From positions 1-53,845 of IMG/VR virus record IMGVR_UViG_3300032288_000426: a stretch of 53,845 nt of DNA. One strand, 5' to 3'. The notes under the pieces were generated by a model that was not told the origin of the DNA, made no database searches, and saw only the letters and a program-made list of their open reading frames with translations. The DNA is from a virus. Taxonomy: Duplodnaviria > Caudoviricetes. This document shows positions 43,165-53,335 of this stretch, in pieces; position 1 is the first letter of the stretch; each line of letters starts with the position of its first letter. The position numbers and the translations under genes were made by a program.

Positions 43165-43413
43165 TTATCTTGGTTGAACGGCTCCTACAACAGCCTGTGC
43201 CCAATCCTGCCAGTCATTAAAGACGGCTGGCCCCGGTATACCTTCATTGGTGAAAACGTCAATGGCCTTCAAACCCTCGCCCCATTGACGCCAATCTGTG
43301 CCCTGCATAGGTATTGCCAACTGCTGTGTTGCGTACAACTCACACATCAAAGATGCCCACGACTCAAATGTATGCCCCCTCGGATCATAAATAAGCGATA
43401 CGTCAGACATCAA
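43165..43413 (-). CDS. Small Trp-rich conserved tail-module protein
   Basis: FESWASLM...DWRQWG...FNDWQDWA. Confidence 0.65.
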   Translation of the reverse strand: MMSDVSLIYDPRGHTFESWASLMCELYATQQLAIPMQGTDWRQWGEGLKAIDVFTNEGIPGPAVFNDWQDWAQAVVGAVQPR

Positions 43414-45215
43414 TAACCCCTTACGTCGCCAACATTGGCTGACAGCAATAACCGTCCAAGCTGGTAATTACCGTTGACGGTATTTGACACAAACTTCAGT
43501 CTACATTCACGGCGCTGTTCACGCATGTCAATTTTTCCAGTTGTGGGAGAAAAGACATAAGCCGCAGAGGTTTGATCCTCTTCCTGCGCATAGGGGCGGC
43601 CAGTGACGTAGAGCTCCATGTTCCCAGATTGCAGGAAATCAGGTTCTACACGCTCCAGATGCAGCCAGAAGTTATCCCCAGCGAGTGACGGCTGTGCTGG
43701 GCCGCCACCAACCCAACCAAGGTCTGAGGTCTCAAAGTAGCTCTCAATGGCGCTGACTTGGATCCCCTTAATCTCATCCGTGCCAAACTCATGCTGCCAC
43801 AGGGAAACAAAGCTCATGACATATGTAAGCGTGATCTTAAAGTTGGATCCGCCGCCCGGCAGGGCATACGTCAATTCATCGCCAACCGTATAGTTAATGC
43901 CATTGGCCGTAATAACGACATCCGTTACTATGCCGCCAGCTACGGTAATCGTGGCCTGAGCGCCAGTTCCAGTGCCGCCAGTCATGGCAACGTCAGTGTA
44001 GGTGCCGTCCGTATAGCCAGAGCCAGCCGTCAACGTAAACAGGTTTGCGCCACCCGTAGCATTGATGGTTGTCCCGGCATTTACAGGGAAGGGGAAAACC
44101 TGCGAGAAGAACCCAGCCGACCGTCGGGCACCAAGTGCCTGACCAGCGTCATACCAAGTCTGCTCACGGATGTTATAAACAATCGCATCATTGCACTCAA
44201 CAGAGTCGCCGCGAGGGTAGAACCACCAGATCTCGCCATACCGAGGAACCTTGGACACATAGACCTTCTGGCGCTGCGCATAGTTCAGATTGTCAAAGAA
44301 CCAGTTCTGGTTCATGTTGTTCGGGATCTCTTTGACAACACCGTTGTACATCAGGAAGCGGTCAACGCCACACCAATAATAAACACCGTCGTATTCGATA
44401 ACCGACTGCGCAGACAAGATTGATGACTGGCTGGAAACAATGTCATACCGCCAAAACAAGGTTGTGGTTGTGACGCCATTGGAAATGGTGGTCGGGTTGT
44501 ACGAAACCCGGATCAGGGAGTCCAAAGACCAAAAGAGGCCGGATGGTGAGTTGGAACCACCTCGCACTGGCAAGCCCTGAACGATCTTTGTACCCGCCAC
44601 GTTTGTCTCGTTGGCGTCAGCCCCACTCCAATCCGTGGGATCCCCGGCAGCGCAGTTCTTGATCAGGCCATTATTGCCGTAAACAAAAAGGTAGGGGTGC
44701 AAGACTACGCATCCACCGCTGACCTCAACAGGGCTCGCCCCATCCATAACGGCGGTCATGCTTGTGCCTGTAACATCACCAATCAAGACTGGCGTATTGA
44801 CGGTGTTTGAAATATCACTGAGGTTTTGTCCCGGATGGGCAACTAATGACTCTTGACCGCCGCCAGTGGTGTCGTAGAGCGTGTCAAACTGCCAAAGGTT
44901 ATCAACATCTGGGGTAAAGTCAGTCAGGGTGAAATTACTTACCCCAGATCCAATGCCGTTGTTATCAATAGGGATGACCTGCAAGCCATCAGAATACCCG
45001 TTGAAAACATAGTTGAAGTTGTCTTGGACGTTGATGTAAATGCCCCGAGATGGCCCAGCCATATCCCCAACAATCTGGCGATAGCCAAGCATCTTTCTTG
45101 GGCGGCCACGCTGAAAGCGAACCCAACGGCCATCGTTATAGAACATCTTGTCCAGAACAGTGCCGTCCCGCTGAACTCCGGGCTTTGTATCTGGGCTAAA
45201 TACCTTCTTGGTCAT
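43410..45215 (-). CDS. Tail hub/DNA stabilisation protein (P22 gp10-like beta-propeller)
   Basis: 601 aa; WVRFQRGRPRK, YYWCGVDRFLMYNG, GEIWWFYP, IESYFET, RVEPDF. Confidence 0.7.
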   Translation of the reverse strand: MTKKVFSPDTKPGVQRDGTVLDKMFYNDGRWVRFQRGRPRKMLGYRQIVGDMAGPSRGIYINVQDNFNYVFNGYSDGLQVIPIDNNGIGSGVSNFTLTDFTPDVDNLWQFDTLYDTTGGGQESLVAHPGQNLSDISNTVNTPVLIGDVTGTSMTAVMDGASPVEVSGGCVVLHPYLFVYGNNGLIKNCAAGDPTDWSGADANETNVAGTKIVQGLPVRGGSNSPSGLFWSLDSLIRVSYNPTTISNGVTTTTLFWRYDIVSSQSSILSAQSVIEYDGVYYWCGVDRFLMYNGVVKEIPNNMNQNWFFDNLNYAQRQKVYVSKVPRYGEIWWFYPRGDSVECNDAIVYNIREQTWYDAGQALGARRSAGFFSQVFPFPVNAGTTINATGGANLFTLTAGSGYTDGTYTDVAMTGGTGTGAQATITVAGGIVTDVVITANGINYTVGDELTYALPGGGSNFKITLTYVMSFVSLWQHEFGTDEIKGIQVSAIESYFETSDLGWVGGGPAQPSLAGDNFWLHLERVEPDFLQSGNMELYVTGRPYAQEEDQTSAAYVFSPTTGKIDMREQRRECRLKFVSNTVNGNYQLGRLLLSANVGDVRGY

Positions 45216-46450
45216 GTGAATACACCCCCGGCAATACCTGTCGTAAAGTTTCCAGAGCCCGTCACATTCACCCCGGTCGCGCTAAACGCAACCCGATTTG
45301 TACCCAAAATAGAAATGTTCATTTGTCCAGCGCCCGGACGATAAATACCTGTGCTTGTCTCACCGGCAAAGTTAAGCGCAGGCGTGCCCACAGTTCCGTT
45401 AACCAAGCTGATCGCAGTAGCACCCGCCTGAACCGTGTTGGCGTTCAAAAAGTTGGTGCCGTCACAGATCAACGTTACTTGCTGACCCGGAGGAACAATC
45501 GCATTCGCGCCACCCACAACACCAGTGGTAATGGTCAGTGAATAGCCGTTATCTGTTACCTGATTGGAAATGATGTACAGGTTGACTGCAGGCGGATACT
45601 GGGCGATTACGTTACCCGTAAGGCTGCCAACATACTCCTGAATCGTGTTTGAAGCTTCACTGGGCGTAATCAGGTAAGTGCCAGTGGTGACCGGCTTTAC
45701 CAGTGCAGTAAAAATAAAGTTGGCGCTCTGACCGTAGCCTACAGTGACAAATTCTGAGCCTGTACTAATGATGAAGGCAGACTCATCTGGGGCAAAGTTC
45801 TTAGTGGCGCTACCGTCAATCGTGTTTGCGCCAGAGCAGGCAACGGTCAATGTGCCTGTGCCGTTGTTCTTCAGCAAGAAGAACCAGTTGTTGCCAATTG
45901 TGCTGGCATCCGGCAGGGTGACAGATCCAGCACCAGAAGCCCAAACCTTGGTCTGTGCCCGGTCATTCGCCACAAACGTGTAGCCATTCACAAAGGATGA
46001 GGCTGGATGGCTTTGATTCAGGGTGGTCGATATAGCCACCAGCCCAAGCCCAGCCAATACGCTGGCATTGGATGTAGTCGTGGTCGAACCAAAAGCAATA
46101 ATGCCCCAGACACCGGCAGCAGAGGTGTTGTCAGTAATGTAAATGTACTGAGCCTCACCTGACGCCACAGTGCAAATTACACCGCCGTCGTTATCCAGAA
46201 CATCAACGTCAAACCCGCCGAAGTTGTTGATCAGGGAGTCTGTACCCACGGACACCTGATCAGCCGCAGGCATCGTCAAGGTGCGGCCTGAAGCGTTCGC
46301 TGTGATGTCAATGATCCGGGAGGCATAAAGCTGGCTACCCGTAGCAAAAGTCGGCCATACAAGCGTCTTGTTCGTTGTCAGGGATATTTCTTGGTAACTG
46401 ACATCGGTTGGGACAATGACATCCCCAGTGAACGGGCTGGTAAAGGTCAT
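45212..46450 (-). CDS. Tail structural protein
   Basis: T/G/S-rich beta repeats; C-terminal NGTVGTPALNFAGETSTGIYRPG. Confidence 0.65.
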   Translation of the reverse strand: MTFTSPFTGDVIVPTDVSYQEISLTTNKTLVWPTFATGSQLYASRIIDITANASGRTLTMPAADQVSVGTDSLINNFGGFDVDVLDNDGGVICTVASGEAQYIYITDNTSAAGVWGIIAFGSTTTTSNASVLAGLGLVAISTTLNQSHPASSFVNGYTFVANDRAQTKVWASGAGSVTLPDASTIGNNWFFLLKNNGTGTLTVACSGANTIDGSATKNFAPDESAFIISTGSEFVTVGYGQSANFIFTALVKPVTTGTYLITPSEASNTIQEYVGSLTGNVIAQYPPAVNLYIISNQVTDNGYSLTITTGVVGGANAIVPPGQQVTLICDGTNFLNANTVQAGATAISLVNGTVGTPALNFAGETSTGIYRPGAGQMNISILGTNRVAFSATGVNVTGSGNFTTGIAGGVFT

Positions 46451-46452
46451 GA

Positions 46453-47082
46453 TTAGCTATCCTGAGCAATCGCCTGACGGTCACCCAGACGCTGAATGTT
46501 CTCTGTTTTCAGTTGGGTAACAATCTTGTTGTACTCCGCTTGCCACATAGGCATACGCTCATCGTTCTTCAGGAAGGGCATAGCCTGCAGCAGGGAGCCA
46601 TACAGCATGGCCTGCGGAGCATATTGAGTGAACCAGTTGGTTTGATTGGTGGCGTCCAGAGGCTGAACCTCTTCGTAGTACATCACCTCAAAGTCATAGG
46701 CTACATCCGGGGTAGGCACCACCAGCCAGTGCGTATAGTCGTAATCCCCATAGTATTTGGGCGCACCTTCTTCAGACTCATCAGGCCAGTATTGGCGCAT
46801 GAACTCATAGGTACGCAAGAAAACAGGCTGCCGTGCACCGTCTACCGTGACATTCATGGAAACTGTCTTGCGCCAGCGGGCAGGCTTGGTGATCACCGGG
46901 TTACCGGCCACCATATTTGACTCATTGACCGTCAGATTGCCAAGAAACTTGATCTCGCTGGCAAGGGTCTGCTCAGCCAGCATAATGAAGGTGGGGATCT
47001 TGTCTAACGTGGCAGTATCTGTACGCTCCAGATAGCTGGAGATGTCGTTGTACAGAGAGGTGTAGGTCATTGAGACGGCCAT
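46453..47082 (-). CDS. Head-to-tail adaptor (P22 gp4/T7 gp11-like)
   Basis: TYTSLYNDISSYLER, IPTFIMLAE, PTPD, NWFTQYAPQAMLYGSL, FLKNDER. Confidence 0.75.
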   Translation of the reverse strand: MAVSMTYTSLYNDISSYLERTDTATLDKIPTFIMLAEQTLASEIKFLGNLTVNESNMVAGNPVITKPARWRKTVSMNVTVDGARQPVFLRTYEFMRQYWPDESEEGAPKYYGDYDYTHWLVVPTPDVAYDFEVMYYEEVQPLDATNQTNWFTQYAPQAMLYGSLLQAMPFLKNDERMPMWQAEYNKIVTQLKTENIQRLGDRQAIAQDS

Positions 47083-47249
47083 TACCAGTTACCTTTCTTG
47101 GCCTTGGCACCGTGTAAATTAGCCACCAAAGAGGGGTACTTAGTGCCAGTCTTTTTGGCAAAGGCTTTGGCGGCCTTCTTTTGATTCGGGCTCAGTTTTT
47201 CCGGCTTACCCAGATCTTTTGGCCTTGGCTTCTCCCAAACGTCTTTCAT
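47082..47249 (-). CDS. Small basic protein (not in the ORF track)
   Basis: MKDVWEKPRPKDLGKP...YPSLVANL; RBS GGAGG. Confidence 0.65.
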   Translation of the reverse strand: MKDVWEKPRPKDLGKPEKLSPNQKKAAKAFAKKTGTKYPSLVANLHGAKAKKGNW

Positions 47250-47272
47250 TTTTCCTCCGCCGCATTGTGTTT

Positions 47273-47785
47273 TTAGGCAATCATCGTCTCAGCATGAGTC
47301 TTGGCCTCCGCCACCCGGCGCAGCCAGCCCTTACCGAAGGTCGCAAACGTAGGCAGACTGCGGTAAAACGCTTCCTTTTCTGCACTGAATTTTGCCACTA
47401 ATTCCCCCTGATTGGCATCTTTTAATGCCTGCATGGTCTTAGGGCCGATAGCACCGTCCGGGGTTGCCCCTACAGCCTTCTGCATGGTCTTAATCGCTCT
47501 GCCGGGGCCAGCGTTGACCGCAAAGTCAAACATCAGGTAATCCAGCCCGTCAGGCATCTCATCAGCCCTTACGGCATCCCAGTATTTCTTTTTGTACATT
47601 GGGGCGACAATCTCAGGGGTCAGGGCACGCATTGCCGCCTCATCCACCACCTTGCCTACCCACTCTTCCCACACCTTTTTGGTCACACCCAGATTGGTCA
47701 TGCCGCCGGGATCTTTGGGATGGTTTACAAAGCCACCCTCGTGTTTAAGGATTGCCTTCAGGGCTTCGTCAAAGTTCTCTTTCAT
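47273..47785 (-). CDS. Endolysin (GH108 lysozyme plus peptidoglycan-binding domain)
   Basis: HEGGFVNHPKDPGGMTNLGVT, FDFAVNAG, DGAIGPKT, FGKGWLRRV. Confidence 0.9.
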   Translation of the reverse strand: MKENFDEALKAILKHEGGFVNHPKDPGGMTNLGVTKKVWEEWVGKVVDEAAMRALTPEIVAPMYKKKYWDAVRADEMPDGLDYLMFDFAVNAGPGRAIKTMQKAVGATPDGAIGPKTMQALKDANQGELVAKFSAEKEAFYRSLPTFATFGKGWLRRVAEAKTHAETMIA

Positions 47786-48192
47786 TTCTTCGCCCGCATA
47801 TCAATGATCTTTTCAAGCGTTCTGCCGCCAAAGTAAAAAGACATCACGAGCATCCCCCACTGGCCTAGCAGTTCAACAAACGAGTCTGCAATGTCAACCA
47901 GCGCAGCGTCAAGGATTGCCAGTGCCATGTAGGCAACCAAGATGTACACCAGCGTCAGCGGTCGGATGTTCTTGGACAGCCAGCTATCGCTTGCCATGTC
48001 GGCTTTTAAGCGCTCAGTCAGGTTGTTCTGCTCAGACTTGTACAAGTCCGTTTCATTCGCCATCTTGGCAAGCTCACCATCCTGAGCCATCTTGGCAAGC
48101 TCAAGCTGCGCCTTAGCCTTCTGTTCAGGGTCAGGAATCAGTTTGTCGATCAGTTTGCCGCCAATGCCCAGCAGCGCGTCAAGTCCTAGCAT
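47782..48192 (-). CDS. Holin (3-TM, GTA-holin-like)
   Basis: Start MLGLD; KLIDKLIPDP, DMASDSWLSKNIRP, SFYFGGRTLEK; coupled to the endolysin. Confidence 0.8.
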   Translation of the reverse strand: MLGLDALLGIGGKLIDKLIPDPEQKAKAQLELAKMAQDGELAKMANETDLYKSEQNNLTERLKADMASDSWLSKNIRPLTLVYILVAYMALAILDAALVDIADSFVELLGQWGMLVMSFYFGGRTLEKIIDMRAKK

Positions 48193-48193
48193 G

Positions 48194-48811
48194 TCAACCT
48201 CCTTGTTGGAACATCCACCGCATAAAATAACCAAACCCGACAATTAATGCGAATACAACAACCATCGCCCCCACGGCCTGTATCGTCTCAAGCTGCTTAA
48301 CTCGGGCGCGGCGCTTCTTCATCGCTTCAGCCTTCTCATGCAGCCGCTTTTCAGTCTCTGCTTGACGCAGGGCTTCGGCTTTTGCCTCACGCTCGGAGCG
48401 AAGCTTACCCATGCGTTGCCAGAACTCGTCCCACATTCCGGCTTCTTGAAAGTGATAAGTAAAGATGTGCTTGATGTTGTCGTAATACTGCTTGATCTGA
48501 CGATCAATGATCATCAATTCCATGACGTACTCAGCGTCTGAGACGTAATCAGGTACGGGCTCACCTTTTGCAACCGCCGCCTCTTGGGCTACCTTAGCCT
48601 CTTCAAGCTGTGTTCGTTGGTGTTCGTATTTGCCCGCAGCCGAAAAAAACTTGGTGACACCCGACATGGAGTCGGCCAGCGTCTTTCCTGATTCCACCGC
48701 GCCATTAATCTCATCAAAAGCTTCTTTGGCAAGAGCTGCGGCTTCTTTTACTCCGGTAACAACAGCTTTAACCCCAGCAACAGCCAGACCAATTGTTACC
48801 GGGTCGATCAC
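48194..48811 (-). CDS. Membrane protein of the lysis cassette
   Basis: MIDPVTIGLA N-terminus, coiled coil, C-terminal TM. Confidence 0.6.
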   Translation of the reverse strand: MIDPVTIGLAVAGVKAVVTGVKEAAALAKEAFDEINGAVESGKTLADSMSGVTKFFSAAGKYEHQRTQLEEAKVAQEAAVAKGEPVPDYVSDAEYVMELMIIDRQIKQYYDNIKHIFTYHFQEAGMWDEFWQRMGKLRSEREAKAEALRQAETEKRLHEKAEAMKKRRARVKQLETIQAVGAMVVVFALIVGFGYFMRWMFQQGG

Positions 48812-48814
48812 TTC

Positions 48815-49369
48815 TTACTCCCAAAGAATATTGATTGTTCCTGCATCAAAGGTATCTGTGCCGTTGACTGTGGTGATACGGACTATATCTAAAGCACCAC
48901 CAAGTGTTACTGATCCAGCAATAGAATTTACGCTTGGAAGCGACGTACCTATAGTTCCGTTTGCGGTCCAAGCATTACTGCCCAAGAGGGTAAACACAAT
49001 ACTTCCGTAGCCAGCAGTTGCAGCACTCAATCCACCATACATATCAAAACCTGCGGTAAAAGACTGAGTTGGTGGTGTGCCATTTGCGTTAGAACCTGTC
49101 CCCAAGTACCCAGATGTTACAACCGTACCGCCCGTTCCTAGCCTAAAACGCAGTGACGAACTTCCACTAAGACTAATTCCATTTAACATCACCGTAACCC
49201 GCTTTGCCGTACTAGGTATACCAGTAAAGTCAACGCTAGTACCTGATGCTGTAACAGCCGTACCCGACGTTATAGTCGTAGACCACGCACCATCACCACG
49301 CAAAAACGTAGAGGAACTTGCGGTGCCTGTTGCCTCAAGAAGTCCGGGCTGTACTTTAGTCAAGGCCAT
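48815..49369 (-). CDS. Tail fibre-associated protein (paralogue A1)
   Basis: TFLRGDG; ASGTSVDFTGIPSTAKRVTVM...VRITTVNGTDTFDAGTINILWE. Confidence 0.7.
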   Translation of the reverse strand: MALTKVQPGLLEATGTASSSTFLRGDGAWSTTITSGTAVTASGTSVDFTGIPSTAKRVTVMLNGISLSGSSSLRFRLGTGGTVVTSGYLGTGSNANGTPPTQSFTAGFDMYGGLSAATAGYGSIVFTLLGSNAWTANGTIGTSLPSVNSIAGSVTLGGALDIVRITTVNGTDTFDAGTINILWE

Positions 49370-49372
49370 AGC

Positions 49373-49894
49373 TTATTCCCACAAAATGTTGATTGTGCCA
49401 GCGTCAAAGGTGTCTGTGCCGTTGACGGTGGTGATACGGACGCGGTCAAGAACCCCAGCTAAAGTTTTTGCCCCAGAAGAAAAATACATAAAATCACCGC
49501 CGGTAGTGTTTGACACCGAACCTGTTTCAGTCCACGTATTGCCCGTTAGGTTTGTTATTGTCATTGAGCCATTAAAATTATAAGACGCTCCAATATTATG
49601 GAATTGAAATCCGGTAGTTGAATTGACAGCGTTAAGACCGCTTGTTGAACAATACATACTAGCCGAAGCGTATCCGGTAGCTTCTACCCCACCTGATGTG
49701 CCTAATCTTATTTGCCAACTGCTTGAGCCGTTTGTACTTACTGCACTAAACATCACAGTAACCCGCTTTGCCCACGACGGGATGCCTGTGAAATCAACAG
49801 ACGTACCAGAAGCACTTACCGCCGTACCGGAAATAATCAGTGTGCCGTTCTCGTTGGCATTACTACCTACCGCAGCTAAAGCTGTTGCTGTCAT
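49373..49894 (-). CDS. Tail fibre-associated protein (paralogue A2)
   Basis: Same flanking motifs as 48815..49369 with a divergent middle. Confidence 0.7.
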   Translation of the reverse strand: MTATALAAVGSNANENGTLIISGTAVSASGTSVDFTGIPSWAKRVTVMFSAVSTNGSSSWQIRLGTSGGVEATGYASASMYCSTSGLNAVNSTTGFQFHNIGASYNFNGSMTITNLTGNTWTETGSVSNTTGGDFMYFSSGAKTLAGVLDRVRITTVNGTDTFDAGTINILWE

Positions 49895-50061
49895 TCTGTC
49901 ACCTCTGCTGGTTCAGGTACGTTGCCCTCGGCAAGCCATGCGAGATAGGCTTGGTAGTCGGTGTTCGCGGGGTCGAAGGGGATGCTATAAAGCACTTCTC
50001 CGACTTGCTTATTTACGACATTTATTAATCCAGTAACCGGGCTTTTTACAAGTTTGTACAT
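49891..50061 (-). CDS. Small tail-fibre assembly/chaperone-like protein (not in the ORF track)
   Basis: IPFDPANTDYQAYLAWLAEGNVPEPA; follows the fibre gene. Confidence 0.7.
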   Translation of the reverse strand: MYKLVKSPVTGLINVVNKQVGEVLYSIPFDPANTDYQAYLAWLAEGNVPEPAEVTE

Positions 50062-51666
50062 TTATAACTCCGCTTGAAATGCAACAAAGGCAGAAGCATT
50101 AAGTGTACGAACCATCCCTGCCCAACCAACTGTTCCAGATACCTCAGAAGTATTGTTAAGCTCCACCACTTCAGTCGAAGCTGCTTCCAAAGTTAAGCTG
50201 TTAAACGGGTCATTACCACCGTTCCTATAAAAAGTGTAATAGTTTGTTCCTGATGTTGATGCAATGGTTGGCGCAGTCCTCATTGAAACTTTAAGCGGTA
50301 CAGACATATATACAGAAGTCGCTGTGTATGCACCCCCTAAACCAATTGAAACATTGTTCCCGCTTGCTAAAACTTGATAATACCGCTGGCACATCGCTAA
50401 CTCACGCCCATAATCCCTGAACTCAAACGACGTTGCGTTGCTGCCGCGCTCTAGCTGGACTCCGGTGATGTAGAAGGTGGCTCCGTTGGTTCCTACGACT
50501 GATGTTGCGCCTGTAGCGGACAAGTAAAGCGAACTAGACCATGAGCCAGCAGTGCCGCTGTATGTAGACCCAGTACCAAGTGACCAATTTACCGATATGC
50601 CCCTGCCGTTATTTGTCAGCCAAGTACCACTAGTATCGCCCGCAATAGTGATCGTTTTCTGTTCCCAAGTATTAGCGGCGCTGATTGTGTAACTAAACGG
50701 ATACGATCTATTTACTGCGTTATTAACAAGAGAACCACCAAATGTTCCGGTCAATGAACTACGAACCCAGAAAGACAGAGTAATTGTTGCCGCTGACGCA
50801 GAACCCCAACCAAGGTCTGCAATGTTATAGCCTTCAATGTGCTGTCTGATAATAAAAGCTTCAGCCGAACCAACGGTGTATGCTGACGAAGACGTAAACA
50901 GTAGTGAGTTTATAAAACCTGTTGGCGCAGTGGATGACTGCTGCGATGTGCCTTTACTACTTTGCGACATGGAGTATTGAAACCTATCTACGCCCCACAC
51001 GTTATCGTTTGCCGTAACACTCGCCCCAGCATTCCTCTGGTCAATCACCATCCCCGGATTGATGATCCGGTTCTTGAATCCTGTGAAGCCCGACACTGCT
51101 GCGCCGTTGACTGTCAGGGTTGAGTTGAATGTGGATGCGCCGGTGACTGTGCCGCCCGTCAAGGGTAATGCGTTTGAGATAGACGTTAGGGTATAGACCT
51201 CGATGACTACGATGTCGCCAGCCGTACAAGCGTTGTTCAGCACTACCGTTGTTCCGTTCGTTGCTGTGTAGTCAGCAGGGGCAAGCTGGGAGCCGTTACG
51301 GATGACGTTGATGAAGCCGACAGTGTAGCTGCCGCTTGGGGTGAACGTAGTCTGACTTGCAGTTGCTGTAAACGAAGTCGATGAGAAGTACGCCGTGTTG
51401 CCCGGTGACGATACGCCAATGACAGGCAAGCCCAGATACAGCACCGAGATGTTGTTCGTACCCGATGGCGGTGCGCCTGAGAATGTCAGGGTGGTGCTGA
51501 TTACGGAGTATGTGTTTGGGTTCTGAACTACGCCCGATACTGCAACAATAATCGAACTTGTGCTGGCTGGCGCATAGGTCAGTGTGAAAGCCGTAGTTGA
51601 TCCGTTACCGCTGAACTGATCGAACGGGAATGAGCCGGTAGTTGGTTGTGCGCCGATGTAACTCAT
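50062..51666 (-). CDS. Tail fibre/receptor-binding protein
   Basis: FSGNGSTTAFTL, KNRIINPGMVIDQRN, ITGVQLERGSNATSFE, ELAMCQRYYQ, MRTAPT. Confidence 0.8.
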   Translation of the reverse strand: MSYIGAQPTTGSFPFDQFSGNGSTTAFTLTYAPASTSSIIVAVSGVVQNPNTYSVISTTLTFSGAPPSGTNNISVLYLGLPVIGVSSPGNTAYFSSTSFTATASQTTFTPSGSYTVGFINVIRNGSQLAPADYTATNGTTVVLNNACTAGDIVVIEVYTLTSISNALPLTGGTVTGASTFNSTLTVNGAAVSGFTGFKNRIINPGMVIDQRNAGASVTANDNVWGVDRFQYSMSQSSKGTSQQSSTAPTGFINSLLFTSSSAYTVGSAEAFIIRQHIEGYNIADLGWGSASAATITLSFWVRSSLTGTFGGSLVNNAVNRSYPFSYTISAANTWEQKTITIAGDTSGTWLTNNGRGISVNWSLGTGSTYSGTAGSWSSSLYLSATGATSVVGTNGATFYITGVQLERGSNATSFEFRDYGRELAMCQRYYQVLASGNNVSIGLGGAYTATSVYMSVPLKVSMRTAPTIASTSGTNYYTFYRNGGNDPFNSLTLEAASTEVVELNNTSEVSGTVGWAGMVRTLNASAFVAFQAEL

Positions 51667-51675
51667 TATTTGACC

Positions 51676-52158
51676 CTAATATTTGATACAAGCAAGTAGA
51701 GCTACGTTTACAGGTCTTGTTTCATTCCCGAACCTAACTGTCCCATTACTTCCTGTAACCGGATCACCAGTTTTTAATGTGTCTCCAAATGATCCTGTAC
51801 CCGTATAAGTAACAGCAACGCCTGAAGAATTTATTACTCCGCCATGCCAATGGCCTTGAAATTGGTCGGTTTGTGTTGAGCCAAAAGCACGTCCACTATC
51901 TACTGATCCATTATCTACCCAACCACGAGCAAATTGTCCGCGCATATCAGGCACGTTAAAAGTAGTAGACCCATCACCAACACCAAACGTGGTACCGATT
52001 GCAGAAAATAAGGCTGCGTAAGTAGTGCGTGATATTGCCGCACCGTTGGCTTTTAAATACCCATCTGGTGCGGTGTTCATAGCAACAAAAATAACGGCAC
52101 CAGCGGGCATAGCTGCGCCGGGAGAAAGTCCTTCTGCTGGTATCGTGCTTATTGGCAT
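51676..52158 (-). CDS. Phage tail collar domain protein
   Basis: PAGAVIF...APDGYLKANGAAISRTTYAALF...FNVPDMRGQFARG...ETRPVNVAL. Confidence 0.85.
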   Translation of the reverse strand: MPISTIPAEGLSPGAAMPAGAVIFVAMNTAPDGYLKANGAAISRTTYAALFSAIGTTFGVGDGSTTFNVPDMRGQFARGWVDNGSVDSGRAFGSTQTDQFQGHWHGGVINSSGVAVTYTGTGSFGDTLKTGDPVTGSNGTVRFGNETRPVNVALLACIKY

Positions 52159-52389
52159 TTAAATCCCCAGAGCTGCTTTAATCTCGTCAGGTGTTGCTGC
52201 TGCGTCGATGTTAGTTTGAATCACAGCGTACTTCTCACGGATGGCTTGACGAGCAGCTTCTGCGCCTTCGGCTTGACCCGGAATTTGCTTTGCAATAGCG
52301 TCGTCGTAAGGCTTAAATTCTTCAGCCCTAGCAGCACGACGCATATCGTGACCAATGGTTTTGGCTTTGTCGATGTTGATCTTGATCAT
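52159..52389 (-). CDS. Tail fibre assembly chaperone-like protein
   Basis: IKINIDKAK...IDAAATPDEIKAAL. Confidence 0.65.
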   Translation of the reverse strand: MIKINIDKAKTIGHDMRRAARAEEFKPYDDAIAKQIPGQAEGAEAARQAIREKYAVIQTNIDAAATPDEIKAALGI

Positions 52390-52577
52390 GCTTCATACTC
52401 CCATGCGTTACGGAACGTGCGATCTGAGGGCACGTCGCTTACATCCACAATCTTATAGGGCTTGCCCATCGGGACATCCTTGGCTGCGATCTGCTGAATC
52501 GTCAGGCCACACTCAGCCGTTGGGATAATGACAGCAACACCGCCGTCATCAGTTGGGTAAATAATTCGTTGGCTCAT
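52386..52577 (-). CDS. Tail fibre assembly-like protein
   Basis: GGVAVIIP...AAKDVP...PSDRTFRNAWE. Confidence 0.65.
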   Translation of the reverse strand: MSQRIIYPTDDGGVAVIIPTAECGLTIQQIAAKDVPMGKPYKIVDVSDVPSDRTFRNAWEYEA

Positions 52578-52589
52578 GTTTACTCCTTG

Positions 52590-52952
52590 TTAGCGGAAGA
52601 TCGAGACATTACAGTACAACGGATCAACGCCAGCGCCGCCGTCAGTTACTAAAAATCTTACTGAAGTTGTGGTGTACGACCGAGGAGAAAACCCTCGTTC
52701 TGTGTTACCCGCGACAATAGCGTCACTTAAAGTACAAGTCCCATTCGCAGCATAGTTCGCATCCGTCAGCGCATTCGTAAAGTTGACCGTATAGTCCCCA
52801 GTACCGTTATCCGTAATACTCGACACATTAAACGATGCGCGAATAGCGACAGTGCCGGTTCCGTTGAAGTTGACCCAAGCTTTTGCCAAGCCATCAATCG
52901 TCGGTTGCCCGCCTGATGGATTCGTTACTGTAGTGACTCGTAGTGTGCTCAT
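52590..52952 (-). CDS. Tail fibre tip-like protein (paralogue B1)
   Basis: AKAWVNFNGTGTVAIRASFNVSSITDNGTGDYTVNFT. Confidence 0.7.
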   Translation of the reverse strand: MSTLRVTTVTNPSGGQPTIDGLAKAWVNFNGTGTVAIRASFNVSSITDNGTGDYTVNFTNALTDANYAANGTCTLSDAIVAGNTERGFSPRSYTTTSVRFLVTDGGAGVDPLYCNVSIFR

Positions 52953-53332
52953 CGGAATACCCCAACGCAAACTGTATCAACGTCAGATACTCCAGCAGTT
53001 TGTGTAATAAATGAATTTATCCTGCACGACCCCGCTGCAAATCTTGTACCCGCGCCGGGATTATTGAAACCATAACTACCAAAAGAATTACCACTACCTG
53101 AACTTCCCATAATAGAATAATTTGCATCCGCAAACGCAGTCGTAAAGTTCAATGTGTAATCACCTGTACCGTTATCCGTAATCGAACTCACATTAAAACT
53201 CGCCCGGATAGCCACTGTGCCCGTACCGTTAAAGTTTACCCATGCCTTGGCACTACCGTTAATCACGGTCTCAGACGGAACCGATGAGGAACCTGTCTGG
53301 TTGGATATGGTGGTTAGTCTTAGTGTGCTCAT
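52949..53332 (-). CDS. Tail fibre tip-like protein (paralogue B2)
   Basis: Same conserved core as B1. Confidence 0.7.
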   Translation of the reverse strand: MSTLRLTTISNQTGSSSVPSETVINGSAKAWVNFNGTGTVAIRASFNVSSITDNGTGDYTLNFTTAFADANYSIMGSSGSGNSFGSYGFNNPGAGTRFAAGSCRINSFITQTAGVSDVDTVCVGVFR

Positions 53333-53335
53333 GGT